NCBI GenBank assembly: GCA_934757825.1
Contig: CAKVLP010000001.1
Span: 93,834 to 157,833, forward strand
DNA: 64,000 nt
Source of the DNA: an uncultured Clostridia bacterium
GTDB lineage: Bacteria; Bacillota; Clostridia; Christensenellales; UBA1242
Direction: 5' to 3'
Shown here: positions 25,289 to 35,284 of the stretch, piece after piece
How the letters are laid out: each line of letters opens with the position of its first letter
Numbering within the stretch: position 1 is the stretch's first letter
The notes under the pieces: generated by a model
Databases searched by the model: none
Told to the model about the DNA's origin: nothing
The model's input: only the letters and a program-made list of their open reading frames with translations
Position numbers and translations under genes: made by a program

Positions 25289-26809
25289 TCAATACTCTAC
25301 TTGCTTTTGGCGATAGATTGCAATTCGCTGTCCAGCAGTAATAGGTTCGGTCAATCCGGGATTTTGCTCAACAAGCATTTCAGGAGAAACCTTCAATTCT
25401 TTTGCAATTTCCCAGATAGTATCGCCATCTTTTGCCAAATAGATTGACAAAGCACATTCCTCTTCTGGTACCTCATCTTCTTCGGTAACCGCCGTGATAA
25501 TGGCGTCTTTATCTGTATCATAAAAGTTTGCAAAAACATTTAAGTTTGCGTTTACTTCAATTTCTTTTCCACGCCTTGCTCTTGCAGACACATCGGTCAT
25601 TGAAATTTGAACAAGTGGTACAACATTGTCGTTTAGATCTACCTGGCTGGAAATCGAGAAAGGCATCTCCACCTCAACCGAATACACTCCGCCAAGTTCT
25701 TTATTTAAGTAAAGGGCTGTTGTATGAGCCACACCTTCAACTGAGAATGTTCCATCTTGAACGCTCGCATTTGCAAGCGCAACATTGCTACAACAAACAC
25801 CTAACATTTCATCGATAAATGGCGCAGTGTCTTGAATAGTAACGCTACCATTTACCTTATCATCAAACACAACCGCTTCAAAATTTTGCATACTAGGCGT
25901 GCTATTTACCGCCATATTGATAAAGTGTGTAGTACTAAACAAATCGCCCACAATTTCGGTTGAATTGTTGTTAAACACATAGCCTGTAAACAAAATAGGT
26001 AGATTTACATTAACAATTGCCGAATCGGTGTCAATAGATGTCGTGATTTTGATATCATTGTATGCCACTTGCATATTACTTTGCACAAAACTTGTTGGAT
26101 TGATTTCGTCTTGTGCGATTTCTTGCTCAAAATCAAATTTGCATTGTGTAGTGCGAAGAATGTTGTTGTCAGTAACATAACACACGTCGACAAAAACCCC
26201 ACCTTTTAATGTCAAAAACCTATCGTTAATTGTGATTTCATCAATATATGTAGACGGACAAACGGTTAAGATTTTACTTACTCCGTCTTTTATCTCAACA
26301 TCTAGCGACTCTTCAAATTTATTTTGAACAGTGGCTACAAATGTCGAGTAGTCAATTGTTTCACTTTTTGCAAAAACATTGTCGCCGTTTACTCCCGTTA
26401 GAGCGTTTTGACTTTCGCTAAATATTCCGTCTATTACGCTCTCAACAATGGCAACAACCCTAATTTCGCCATTAACTACTTGCGTGTTTACATCAACTAC
26501 CCCCACGCTCACGGCCGGTGTCATTTCGGCGTCTCCTGTCGCATACGAGTCTTTAAACTCGGCAGTATAGTCTATCGCTGAGATTTCGTTTTCGTTGGTT
26601 TGATACAAAACCGCATACGACACAAAGCCACTATACTGCACCTCTTTACCCACAAGGTCGGCTGTTGTTACATACGCCTTAGCGCTGGCGCAAACAACCT
26701 TTGCCACCTCATCATTTATTGGTAGTTTACACTCGATTTGGGATTGGGTATTTCCTAAATTTTTTCTATAACTTGCTGTAATCTTTTCGAAGTTTGGTTC
26801 GAATGCCAT
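25289..26809 (-). CDS. DUF3794 (SPOCS)-type repeat protein with a C-terminal LysM domain
   Basis: Start MAFEPNF at 26809 after AGGGGG. The C-terminus YLAKDGDTIWEIAKELKVSPEMLVEQNPGLTEPITAGQRIAIY is a LysM domain. Position next to veg is typical of Clostridia. Confidence 0.6.
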   Translation of the reverse strand: MAFEPNFEKITASYRKNLGNTQSQIECKLPINDEVAKVVCASAKAYVTTADLVGKEVQYSGFVSYAVLYQTNENEISAIDYTAEFKDSYATGDAEMTPAVSVGVVDVNTQVVNGEIRVVAIVESVIDGIFSESQNALTGVNGDNVFAKSETIDYSTFVATVQNKFEESLDVEIKDGVSKILTVCPSTYIDEITINDRFLTLKGGVFVDVCYVTDNNILRTTQCKFDFEQEIAQDEINPTSFVQSNMQVAYNDIKITTSIDTDSAIVNVNLPILFTGYVFNNNSTEIVGDLFSTTHFINMAVNSTPSMQNFEAVVFDDKVNGSVTIQDTAPFIDEMLGVCCSNVALANASVQDGTFSVEGVAHTTALYLNKELGGVYSVEVEMPFSISSQVDLNDNVVPLVQISMTDVSARARRGKEIEVNANLNVFANFYDTDKDAIITAVTEEDEVPEEECALSIYLAKDGDTIWEIAKELKVSPEMLVEQNPGLTEPITAGQRIAIYRQKQVEY

Positions 26810-26884
26810 ATTAAAACCCCCTAAAAGTTTTGTTGCTATATTGTACGAACAAGGGTTGGCAATTATAACCAAAAAAATTAAAAT

Positions 26885-27103
26885 TTACAAAAACTTTATA
26901 TCTCCGCAAAGGACATCACTATATGAAAAACTTTTTCTATCCAAATCCACTATTTCAAGCGGTTCTATTGTAAACATTGACGAATACACTTGATTGATGA
27001 TTACGGGCACCTTAATAATTTTGTTTCTGCCCTTATTTATTTCGCAAAAAATTTTCTTGCCGTGCATTTGTTGCACCATACTTCTAACTTCCGAATACGA
27101 CAT
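26885..27103 (-). CDS. veg: Veg (biofilm/sporulation-associated small protein, DUF1021)
   Basis: Start MSYSEV at 27103 after AAGGAGAG. 72 aa. KIIKVPVIINQVYSSMFTIE...RKSFSYSDVLCGDIKF parallels B. subtilis Veg. Confidence 0.75.
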   Translation of the reverse strand: MSYSEVRSMVQQMHGKKIFCEINKGRNKIIKVPVIINQVYSSMFTIEPLEIVDLDRKSFSYSDVLCGDIKFL

Positions 27104-27191
27104 CACTCTCTCCTTACTTGTATTATTTCCATTTTTTACCAAATTTATGCGATAAAAAAAAGACCCGCCATAATTAGCAGGTCAACTATTC

Positions 27192-27707
27192 TTAATATTC
27201 GTCGTCGTCCTCGTCATCTACATTGTCAGGATCATCTTCGTCTTCATCGTCATCAAGGTCATCATCATTAAGTGCCTCGTCAAAGTCGTCATCAAGGTCG
27301 TCGTAATACTCCTCGTCTTCCTTTTCCTCGTCGGCAAAGTCCTCATCAAGGTCCTTAGAGAATGCGTTGTCCATTTCTTCGCTTATCTCGTCGTTGTCCT
27401 CAACTGGCAACAAATCCATATCGTCGTCCTCTTCGGTCTGATTGTCGACAACAGCCTTCCAATCCACGTCCTCGTCTTTGTCGTAGGCAAGTTGCTCTTC
27501 TTGGCAAGTTGGGCAAATTGTTTCGCCCTCGGACAAATAGTTAACTTTGCATATTGGGCAAAGTTCCATTCCCTCTTCAAAATCATCTATATCACTTTCT
27601 TCTAGACAGCCTGCTTTCATTTCTTGTTTGCAAACGTCGCAAAATTTATCTTTTTTAAGGATATAATTCAATTCGCATCTTGGACATTTTATGTATTGTG
27701 GTTTCAT
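27192..27707 (-). CDS. Double zinc-ribbon protein with a ~95-aa poly-acidic tail
   Basis: Start MKPQY at 27707 after AAGGGAG. CPRC...CDVC and CPIC...CPTC pairs, followed by a D/E-dominated C-terminus ending DDDEDEDDPDNVDDEDDDEY. Confidence 0.6.
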   Translation of the reverse strand: MKPQYIKCPRCELNYILKKDKFCDVCKQEMKAGCLEESDIDDFEEGMELCPICKVNYLSEGETICPTCQEEQLAYDKDEDVDWKAVVDNQTEEDDDMDLLPVEDNDEISEEMDNAFSKDLDEDFADEEKEDEEYYDDLDDDFDEALNDDDLDDDEDEDDPDNVDDEDDDEY

Positions 27708-27902
27708 AAAGTATCTCCCTTTCAATTTTTTCTACCATATTATACACTATATACTAAATTTGTAAACTATTTAATATAAAAAAATTAAAAAATATACTTT
27801 TATATAATGACTTAATTAAGTTTATACTTTTTTATGATATATTATGCGATATTGTGTAAAAAAAACACTATCCTTTTGATAGTGCCTTTTTTAATTATTA
27901 TT

Positions 27903-29342
27903 TTAGTAAACCCACTTAGGAGTAACGCCAGTTTCCTCGTTTTTAGTAGGTTTTTCAGGAAGACGGTCGTCGTCCATTTTGCCTACAAACTCTGCCACCA
28001 TATCGCTTGCAAATGTGTCGATTCTATTTAGGTAATTAGAAGTGATATTTGTGGTTTCTCCGTCAGAATTGGTTTCACTTGTAGCAGATTTGTACGAAGC
28101 AAACACATAAACATATCTGCCGTCCAAATCTACACCCTTAGCGTCAGACAACATAAATGTCTTATCAGTAGCCTCGCCTACGCCAGAAACTGTTTTGTCT
28201 TCCAAAGTATCCATATCAACCGATTTCAACAAAGAGTCTGCGATATAGTAAACTTTATTGTCGCTAATTCCCACAACAGTCGAGATTCCGCTTGCAATGT
28301 TTTCGTGCTTAATTTCGCCGTTTACATTGTATAGTTTAACTAGGTTTTTGTTGCTATCAAGACCAACAACTGTGTATTTTACATCATCAATAAAATAGTA
28401 GTTGGAATAATCCGCATCACTTAATTGAATTGAATTTTGATTTTTCAAATTGATGTTTGCATTCAATGCAAATAAGTAAGTTGTTTTGTTAGATAACTTT
28501 CTTGTGTAATAAACTTGATTATTTACATATGCTTTGATTTCAAAAGTGGAACTATTGTCCATTTGATAAGCGGTCTCCTCGCCTGTTACAAAACTTGCTT
28601 TGCAAAGCAAATTGCCCGATGTCGAGAAGCCTTTTTCGTCGTCTTTAACCGCACGAGTGTAGTATACATACTCATTAGTTGGATTAAGGTCTTCATTTAA
28701 TTTACCAGCAGTAAAGTCAGAAGCAACTTTAATTGTTTTTGTTTTCTTGCCGTTAAATTCGATTGACGTAATTTTTGTATCTTCTTGTACAACTAAATAT
28801 GCTTTTCCATCATAGTTGTACACTTTCCACTCAATTGACGATACATCTTCGCCTGAAACATATACTTCTTTGTTGTCGGTGCCGTCAATTTTAATGCGGT
28901 TAAAGGATACTCTGTCGTTTTGTAGCACGCCGTCAGCGTTTTTCTGCATATATGGTGTGCCATAGTAAATGTAGTCGCCTACGATATAGAATCCGCCATT
29001 TTCAAAGCCAACAACCTTAGGAACAACACACTCTGTCTTTGTCAAAAAGCCCTTATCGTCCTTCTCAACCCCATTGTTAACAAGTTTTGTACGATATACA
29101 GCGCCATATGTTACTTTCCCAAACACGTTGTGTTTTCTGTAATCGGAAAGTTTTGTTTTGTAGTCGCTTAAGTAGCCATTTACGTAGTATAGATAATCGC
29201 CCTTTTGGACTGCATAGCCACCATTGCCAACAATTGTGGCGTTAGTATCAGGATTGTCTTTTAAGCCTTGTTTACCACAGCCACAAAGTAGCGCCGCGCA
29301 AACACAGACAACTAAAACCAATGTTCTTAAAAATTTTTTCAT
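27903..29342 (-). CDS. Lipoprotein with repeated YY-containing beta-propeller-like motifs (DUF5050-like)
   Basis: Start MKKF at 29342 after GGAG. Lipobox ALLCGCG. Recurrent motifs GDYLYYVNGY, GDYIYYGTPY, NQVYYTRK, NKVYYIADS, GRYVYVFASY. Confidence 0.55.
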   Translation of the reverse strand: MKKFLRTLVLVVCVCAALLCGCGKQGLKDNPDTNATIVGNGGYAVQKGDYLYYVNGYLSDYKTKLSDYRKHNVFGKVTYGAVYRTKLVNNGVEKDDKGFLTKTECVVPKVVGFENGGFYIVGDYIYYGTPYMQKNADGVLQNDRVSFNRIKIDGTDNKEVYVSGEDVSSIEWKVYNYDGKAYLVVQEDTKITSIEFNGKKTKTIKVASDFTAGKLNEDLNPTNEYVYYTRAVKDDEKGFSTSGNLLCKASFVTGEETAYQMDNSSTFEIKAYVNNQVYYTRKLSNKTTYLFALNANINLKNQNSIQLSDADYSNYYFIDDVKYTVVGLDSNKNLVKLYNVNGEIKHENIASGISTVVGISDNKVYYIADSLLKSVDMDTLEDKTVSGVGEATDKTFMLSDAKGVDLDGRYVYVFASYKSATSETNSDGETTNITSNYLNRIDTFASDMVAEFVGKMDDDRLPEKPTKNEETGVTPKWVY

Positions 29343-29512
29343 AGTCACTCCAAATAATGTAATTGATAATTGCAAAATTATATTAGCAAATAATTAAACC
29401 TAAGTCAATTGTTTTGGGTTATATTTATGTATAAGTATAGCCTTTTTAAAAGTAATAAATACATAAAAAAGAGAGGCCTTCGCCCCTCGTGTAAAAAACA
29501 ATTATTTGCCTT

Positions 29513-30430
29513 TTAAGAAATTTTCAAATCGTCAATTTCTATGCTATCGCCAGTAGTCGCATCTTGAAACATAACCCAATAGCCGTCTTCGGGATTATTT
29601 AAATCAATTGGCAACCACTGACTAAACTTTTCTAGTTCCTTAGGTGGCGCCTTAGAAAACTGTCCTGGGACACCATAACATATGTATTTAATGGCTCCAC
29701 CCTCGTTTATAATTCCAAGTAAATACTCCTCGCCAGTGTGGTCGTAATCCACTCTCACCCACTTAGAATCGGGAATCATTTTTGCCAAATTTTCGTCGTG
29801 CGGGAATGTGGCAAAAAGTTCGTCAATCTGGTCGCCAACAAGGTCAAAAAAGTCGCTTGGCTCGCTTAAATTTTTGTCGATTTCGCGCTCAATTTCGTCG
29901 TCGCTAAACTCAAACAAGTCGGCTTTTGAGGGCTTGCATTCCGTCACGGCTTCCGGGTTTTTAGAAGCGATTACTTCATCGTTTTTAACACTTTGCATAG
30001 TACTATGCGAAACACTAAATTCTGGCTTTATTTCAAAGGGTTTTGTACTTGGTTGTTTTTCGTAAACATCACGTTCTAATAGCGAAATTACATCGTTTAC
30101 AAAGTGTGCTTTTTTATCACTACTTCCCCAAAGTAAGGGCGTATATTTTTCTTTTTCAAACTTGCAAAGCACACACCCAAGAGGAGCGTCTAAATCAAAG
30201 TTGTTGTTAAGTTTAAAGGTAAACAAATTGTCGTTTGAAAGTATTACATTTTGCTTAATCACCTTACCGCCATTCTCGCTCAATGCCAGCACCAAATTGT
30301 CGCTATTAAAGTCAAACGCCTTTAATGTTCCAAAAACACCGCTGTTGTTTTTTTCAATGCTTAACACCGTTATGCCCTTATCATAATTTTGTTTGTTTGT
30401 AAGCAAAATCGTTTTTTTGTAAAATCCCAC
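29513..30430 (-). CDS. Hypothetical protein (305 aa, acidic central region)
   Basis: GTG start after GGAGGAAGG. No motif recognised. Occupies the position taken by yabG in the Bacillus ksgA-yabG-veg arrangement but lacks YabG-like motifs. Confidence 0.5.
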   Translation of the reverse strand: MGFYKKTILLTNKQNYDKGITVLSIEKNNSGVFGTLKAFDFNSDNLVLALSENGGKVIKQNVILSNDNLFTFKLNNNFDLDAPLGCVLCKFEKEKYTPLLWGSSDKKAHFVNDVISLLERDVYEKQPSTKPFEIKPEFSVSHSTMQSVKNDEVIASKNPEAVTECKPSKADLFEFSDDEIEREIDKNLSEPSDFFDLVGDQIDELFATFPHDENLAKMIPDSKWVRVDYDHTGEEYLLGIINEGGAIKYICYGVPGQFSKAPPKELEKFSQWLPIDLNNPEDGYWVMFQDATTGDSIEIDDLKIS

Positions 30431-30547
30431 TTTCCTTCCTCCTATTTACTTAATTATATATTATTTACTAAATAAAAAGTTGAATAAAACATTAAGAAAA
30501 GTAGCGAGATTTGTTGAATAAAAAAATAAATTGAAGAAAACCTCAAT

Positions 30548-31372
30548 TTATTTTAGTTTTGTCATTAAGTTTGATAATTCCACAAATTGCTCCGTGGTTA
30601 GCACTTCACCCCTAACGGACAATGGAACACCGATTTGAGTAAGAAGCGTCTCGCGCTGTTCAGGCGTTAGTCCAAACGAACTTTTTAAGTTGTTGGCAAG
30701 TGTTTTGCGTCGCATTTGAAATGCGCTTTTTATAACATTGTTAAGCAGTTTTTCGTCTAAAATATCATATTTCTTTTTGAAGTCTATTCTTACAACTGCA
30801 CTATCCACATTCGGTGCTGGCGTAAACATATTGCGCTTTACTATTCGCGTAATTTTCGCGTCGGCTCGATATCGAATTTGCGCCGTTATTGCGCCGTAGT
30901 TCTCGGTATTTTCCTTTGCGATAAGTCGCTCGGCAACTTCAAGTTGAACCATAATTACAAGTCTTTTTAGGTGTTTTGCCCCTTCCAAAAACTTAAAAAT
31001 AATTGGAGTTGTGATGTAATATGGAAGATTTGCAATTATCACATAGTCGTCACCTAAAAGTTTTTCAATGTCCTCGGTATTTTGCTCCATAATGTCGCCG
31101 AAAACAATTTGAGCGTTTGTTACACCCTCCAAATTTTCCTCCAACAGAGGTTTTAGATTTGTGTCAATTTCATAACCCACAACCCTTTTCGCTTTGGACG
31201 CAATTTGCCTAGTAAGCGTGCCCGCCCCACAACCAATTTCAAGCACACTCGTGTTGTCGTCAATGTCAGCATCGCCCACGATTGCGTTAAGCAGGTTTTT
31301 ATCGAAAATAAAGTTTTGACCGTACTTTTTATTAAATTTAAATCCGTATTTTTTTATTACATCAGCGCTCAT
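30548..31372 (-). CDS. rsmA: 16S rRNA (adenine1518/1519-N6)-dimethyltransferase
   Basis: KKYGQNFIFDKNLLNAIV, the SAM motif VLEIGCGAGTLT and ANLPYYITTPI. Its start overlaps the tatD stop (TAATG). Confidence 0.9.
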   Translation of the reverse strand: MSADVIKKYGFKFNKKYGQNFIFDKNLLNAIVGDADIDDNTSVLEIGCGAGTLTRQIASKAKRVVGYEIDTNLKPLLEENLEGVTNAQIVFGDIMEQNTEDIEKLLGDDYVIIANLPYYITTPIIFKFLEGAKHLKRLVIMVQLEVAERLIAKENTENYGAITAQIRYRADAKITRIVKRNMFTPAPNVDSAVVRIDFKKKYDILDEKLLNNVIKSAFQMRRKTLANNLKSSFGLTPEQRETLLTQIGVPLSVRGEVLTTEQFVELSNLMTKLK

Positions 31373-32133
31373 TATTTACCCAATTTTTTAAATAATTTAT
31401 ACACATTATTATTACTTGCTCGGATTACATTGTCGACGTTTGTTTGTTTTAAATCCGCAAAATGCTGTGCAGTGTATCGCACAAATTTAGGCTGATTTAC
31501 CGCCTTGCCACGCATTGGCTCGGGCGTCAAAAACGGGCAGTCCGTCTCAAAAACCACGTCATCTAGCATACAGTTTTTGATAAGTTCTACGCTAGTGTGA
31601 GCGTTTTTGAAAGTTGTAACACCGCCAAAAGCGACCAAAAGTCCAAGTTTTCTAGCCTCTTTAAACACTTCATAACTTTCGTTAAAACAATGCCATATTC
31701 CGCCGTATTTTAGGAAGTCCTTATTTTGTTTTAGCACTTCAAGCGTATCCCCCACTGCGTCGCGAGAGTGTATCTCGATAGGAAGTTGGTTGTCGTAAGC
31801 GATTTTTAGTTGTTTTACAAACATCGCCTTTTGCTCTTCCTTGTTGTCTTTTCGGGTATGATAGTCAAGTCCGATTTCCCCGACGCCAATTACTTTTGAA
31901 TTTTTCAAGTTTTCAAATATGCTTTCGTCGTATTCGTCCACGTTATCTGGGTGGAAACCGATAATTGCATACACATTGTCGTATTTTTCCGCCAATTTTA
32001 CGGTTTCTATTGCGGATTTTTTATCGCAACCCACCGCAAAAACCATTTCAAGCCCGTCGTTAGCGAAGTTTTTTATCATTTGATCCGCGTCGCCATAATA
32101 ATCTTCTGTAAGGTGCGCGTGAGTGTCTATCAT
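31372..32133 (-). CDS. tatD: TatD-family metal-dependent DNase/hydrolase
   Basis: MIDTHAHL, GEIGLDYH, PIEIHSRDA, FETDCPFLTP. Its ATG overlaps the metG stop (TAATG). Confidence 0.9.
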   Translation of the reverse strand: MIDTHAHLTEDYYGDADQMIKNFANDGLEMVFAVGCDKKSAIETVKLAEKYDNVYAIIGFHPDNVDEYDESIFENLKNSKVIGVGEIGLDYHTRKDNKEEQKAMFVKQLKIAYDNQLPIEIHSRDAVGDTLEVLKQNKDFLKYGGIWHCFNESYEVFKEARKLGLLVAFGGVTTFKNAHTSVELIKNCMLDDVVFETDCPFLTPEPMRGKAVNQPKFVRYTAQHFADLKQTNVDNVIRASNNNVYKLFKKLGK

Positions 32134-34082
32134 TAACAAATTATGCTCCCACTTGGCACACCATCTTCAACGGTCGCCAATTTCAAAATTCCATCGTTTT
32201 CGGCACACAAAATCATTCCCGTGCTTTCAATTCCTCTTAGTTTTATAGGTTTTAGATTAACTACAACCAACACTTTTTTGCCCACCATTTCCTCTGGAGT
32301 GTAATGCTTGGCAATTCCGCTAACAATTATCCTAACTTCGTCGCCAATTTTTACGGTGTTTTTAAGTAGTTTGTCGCTTTTTTCGACTTTCTCGGAAGCC
32401 AAAACCTCGCCTACTTTAATCTGAACCTTATCAAACTCTTCAATTCCAATCAATTTGTTTTGCTCGTCCATTTTTTCCTCAATTTTGTTGTCTTTATTGT
32501 ATTCTTCAAGTTGTTTTTGTTTAATTATTTCCGCCTTTGCCAAGATTTCTTTCAAATCAAGACGTGGGAAAAGCGCGTCCAATTTTTCGCATACTTTGGT
32601 CTCTTTAAGTAGTCCAAATTTGTCCAAATCGGCGAAGTTGCGTTCTTTTACATTTAGTGCCTTGAAAACTTTTTCGGCTGTATCTGGCATAAATGCGGAT
32701 AGAAGACTTGTTCCCACAATAATAGATTCGGTCAAGTTATACAAAACAGTCGCAAGTCTATCGTGGTTTTTCTCGTCCTTAGCCAAAACCCAAGGTTCGG
32801 TCTCGTCAATGTACTTATTAGCGCGCCTAAACACTGACCAGATTTCACTAAGCGCATCGGAGACTCTTAGGTCGTCCATTTTCGCTTGAACACGACTTAA
32901 TGCGTTTGATACAACCTCTTTTAGCGAGTCATCAACACTCTCATACACTCCACCATCTTTCACAACGCCACCAAAGTACTTGTTGCTCATTGCGATTGTA
33001 CGGCTAACAAGGTTGCCGTAAATATTTGCCAAATCGGTGTTAACCCTTTCGGTGATGATGTCCCAGCCAACTTGTCCGTCGTCTGCCACGCCCATTTCAC
33101 TTAGCACATAATATCTAACAGCATCGACGCCAAAAACGTTAGCCAAGTCGTCGAAATATAACACATTGCCCTTAGATTTGCTCATTTTTTCGCCGTTTTG
33201 CAAAAGCCAGCCGTGAGCGTAAATCTTTTTAGGAAGTGGAAGCCCAAGTGCCATAAGCATAATTGGCCAATAGATAATGTGGAACCTTGCTATATCCTTG
33301 CCCACAACATGCAAATCGGCAGGCCAGAAATCCTCAAACTTTTTGTCGCCGTGCCCATCAACGTCGTAGCCTAGCCCAGTGATATAATTTGAAAGCGCGT
33401 CAATCCAAACATAAATTACGTGCTTTGGATCAAATGGCACTGGCACGCCCCACTTAAACGAAGTACGGCTCACACACAAATCTTGCAATCCGTTTTTGAT
33501 AAAGTTGTTGACCATTTCAGTTTTTCTTGTTGCTGGCACAATAAAGTCTGGGTGAGAATTGTAATAATCCAACAACCTATCTACGTACTTATTCATTTTG
33601 AAGAAATAACATTCTTCCTTTTGTTTTTTTACTTCGCGACCGCAGTCTGGGCACTTGCCGTCAACAATTTGCGAATCCGTCCAAAACGATTCACAAGGAA
33701 CGCAATACCACCCTTCATAACTGCCTTTATATATGTCGCCATTATCGTAAAACTTTTTAAAAATTTTCTGCACTTGCTCTTCGTGTTGTGTGTCGGTTGT
33801 GCGGATAAATTTATCATAACTTACATTAGCATTGTCCCAAAGCGATTTAATCTCGCCCGAAACTTTATCAACATAATTTTTAGGTGACATTCCATATTTT
33901 TTAGCGTATTCCTCAATTTTTTGACCATGCTCATCGGTTCCCGTCTGGAAAAACACGTTGTAGCCCTGCTTACGCTTAAATCTTGCCAAAGCATCAGTAA
34001 AAATAACCTCATAGGTGTTTCCAATATGCGGTTTGGTAGATGAGTAAGCGATTGCTGTTGTAATGTAGTAATTTTTATTCAT
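32133..34082 (-). CDS. metG: Methionine--tRNA ligase with a C-terminal tRNA-binding (Trbp111/EMAP-like) domain
   Basis: Start MNKNYYITTAIAYSS at 34082 after GAGGTG. HIGN motif (KPHIGNTYE), KMSKS present, zinc knuckle CVPCESF...CPDCG. C-terminal segment VGEVLASEKVEKSDKLLKNTVKIGDE. Confidence 0.95.
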   Translation of the reverse strand: MNKNYYITTAIAYSSTKPHIGNTYEVIFTDALARFKRKQGYNVFFQTGTDEHGQKIEEYAKKYGMSPKNYVDKVSGEIKSLWDNANVSYDKFIRTTDTQHEEQVQKIFKKFYDNGDIYKGSYEGWYCVPCESFWTDSQIVDGKCPDCGREVKKQKEECYFFKMNKYVDRLLDYYNSHPDFIVPATRKTEMVNNFIKNGLQDLCVSRTSFKWGVPVPFDPKHVIYVWIDALSNYITGLGYDVDGHGDKKFEDFWPADLHVVGKDIARFHIIYWPIMLMALGLPLPKKIYAHGWLLQNGEKMSKSKGNVLYFDDLANVFGVDAVRYYVLSEMGVADDGQVGWDIITERVNTDLANIYGNLVSRTIAMSNKYFGGVVKDGGVYESVDDSLKEVVSNALSRVQAKMDDLRVSDALSEIWSVFRRANKYIDETEPWVLAKDEKNHDRLATVLYNLTESIIVGTSLLSAFMPDTAEKVFKALNVKERNFADLDKFGLLKETKVCEKLDALFPRLDLKEILAKAEIIKQKQLEEYNKDNKIEEKMDEQNKLIGIEEFDKVQIKVGEVLASEKVEKSDKLLKNTVKIGDEVRIIVSGIAKHYTPEEMVGKKVLVVVNLKPIKLRGIESTGMILCAENDGILKLATVEDGVPSGSIIC

Positions 34083-34196
34083 TTTATCACCTCTTGTAAT
34101 CATACGATATTTTAGCACAAAAAAAACTACAAGTAAAGAAATAATATTTATTATAACCATGCAAAAATGGTGAAAATAAGCCATTTGGAGGGCACG

Positions 34197-34766
34197 ATGA
34201 ACATAATTTGGATTTCAATAATAGTTGTAGGGCTAGGGCTACTGCTCATAAACCGCCCAGAACTAGCGTTTGCCAGCATTCAAACCGGCAGTGAAAAAGC
34301 AATTGCGCTCTGTCTAAAACTTTGGGCAATCTACGCGATATGGCTGGGACTTTTAAACATTTTGGAAGAAACAAAACTCGACCGAAAAATAGCAAAACTT
34401 ATGCGACCGATTATTAAGTTTTTGATAGGCGAAACCGACGAGTACACGCAAAACCAGATTGCAATAAATCTAACCAGCAACTTGCTCGGAATGGGAAACG
34501 CGTGCACGCCGAGCGGCATAAACGGAATGGCAGGGCTAGGGAAAGGCCAGAAGTACATCACAAACGCAATGGCAATGTTTATGATCTTAAATGTTACAAG
34601 CCTCCAACTTATCCCAACCACAGTAATCAGCCTACGCATCACACACGGTTCCAGCAACCCGACGGACATAATACTGCCCACTCTTATCGCCACAATAGCC
34701 AGCACATTATGCGGGATTATCTTAGTCAAAATCTGCAAAAAACTATTTAAGGACAAGCATCAATGA
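34197..34766 (+). CDS. spmA: Spore maturation protein A (nucleoside-recognition membrane protein)
   Basis: Start MNIIW at 34197 after GGAGGG. Polytopic and paired with spmB by a 4-nt overlap. Confidence 0.75.
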   Translation: MNIIWISIIVVGLGLLLINRPELAFASIQTGSEKAIALCLKLWAIYAIWLGLLNILEETKLDRKIAKLMRPIIKFLIGETDEYTQNQIAINLTSNLLGMGNACTPSGINGMAGLGKGQKYITNAMAMFMILNVTSLQLIPTTVISLRITHGSSNPTDIILPTLIATIASTLCGIILVKICKKLFKDKHQ

Positions 34767-35269
34767 GTTCGTATGTTATTCCATTTTTTATAATTTTTCT
34801 ACTGCTTTACTGTCTTTTTAGAAAAATAAACGCATATGATGCGTTTGTTAAAGGAAGCAAAACTTCGTTTGACCTAATACTGACAAGTCTTCCCTACATC
34901 GTTGCGATTTTTATAGCACTGCAAGTTTTTTCTGAATCAGGACTAAGCACATTTATTGCAAACTTGCTTAATCCTGTTTTGACAGCGCTTGGCATTCCAA
35001 GCGAACTAACTGAGATGCTTCTTATAAAACCTTTTAGCGGGTGCGGAAGCCTTGCTGTGCTGGAAAATGTATTTACAAAATATGGGGTCGATAGTTATCT
35101 TGCGCGTGCAGGTTGTGCAATAGCAGGATCAAGCGAAGCAATATTTTACATAACAGCAGTATACTTTTCAAAAACTGACATAAAACACTTTCGTTATGCC
35201 ATTCCAGTGTCACTTATTGCCAATTTGGTGGGTGCAATTGTTGGTTGCTGGGTGTGCAGGTTTATATAA
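34763..35269 (+). CDS. spmB: Spore maturation protein B
   Basis: 168-aa polytopic protein translationally coupled to spmA. PFSGCGSLAVLENVF is a typical SpmB region. Confidence 0.75.
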   Translation: MSSYVIPFFIIFLLLYCLFRKINAYDAFVKGSKTSFDLILTSLPYIVAIFIALQVFSESGLSTFIANLLNPVLTALGIPSELTEMLLIKPFSGCGSLAVLENVFTKYGVDSYLARAGCAIAGSSEAIFYITAVYFSKTDIKHFRYAIPVSLIANLVGAIVGCWVCRFI

Positions 35270-35284
35270 AAAAATCAAGGCAAA

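Noticed and set aside
34083-34184. N-terminal extension of metG (the 683-aa ORF beginning MAYFHHFC...), with similar 5' extensions on the sleB, veg, spmA, TetR, DUF3794, lipoprotein and zinc-ribbon ORFs.
   Set aside because: Internal ATGs preceded by strong Shine-Dalgarno sequences match the conserved protein N-termini. The extensions lack an RBS and encode implausible hydrophobic junk.
34083-34196. A T-box or other riboswitch upstream of metG. Structured hairpins upstream of the TraX gene (44960-45060) were also considered as a riboswitch.
   Set aside because: The metG leader is only ~110 bp, is shared with the spmA promoter and lacks T-box motifs. The hairpins near 45 kb match no riboswitch consensus I recognise.
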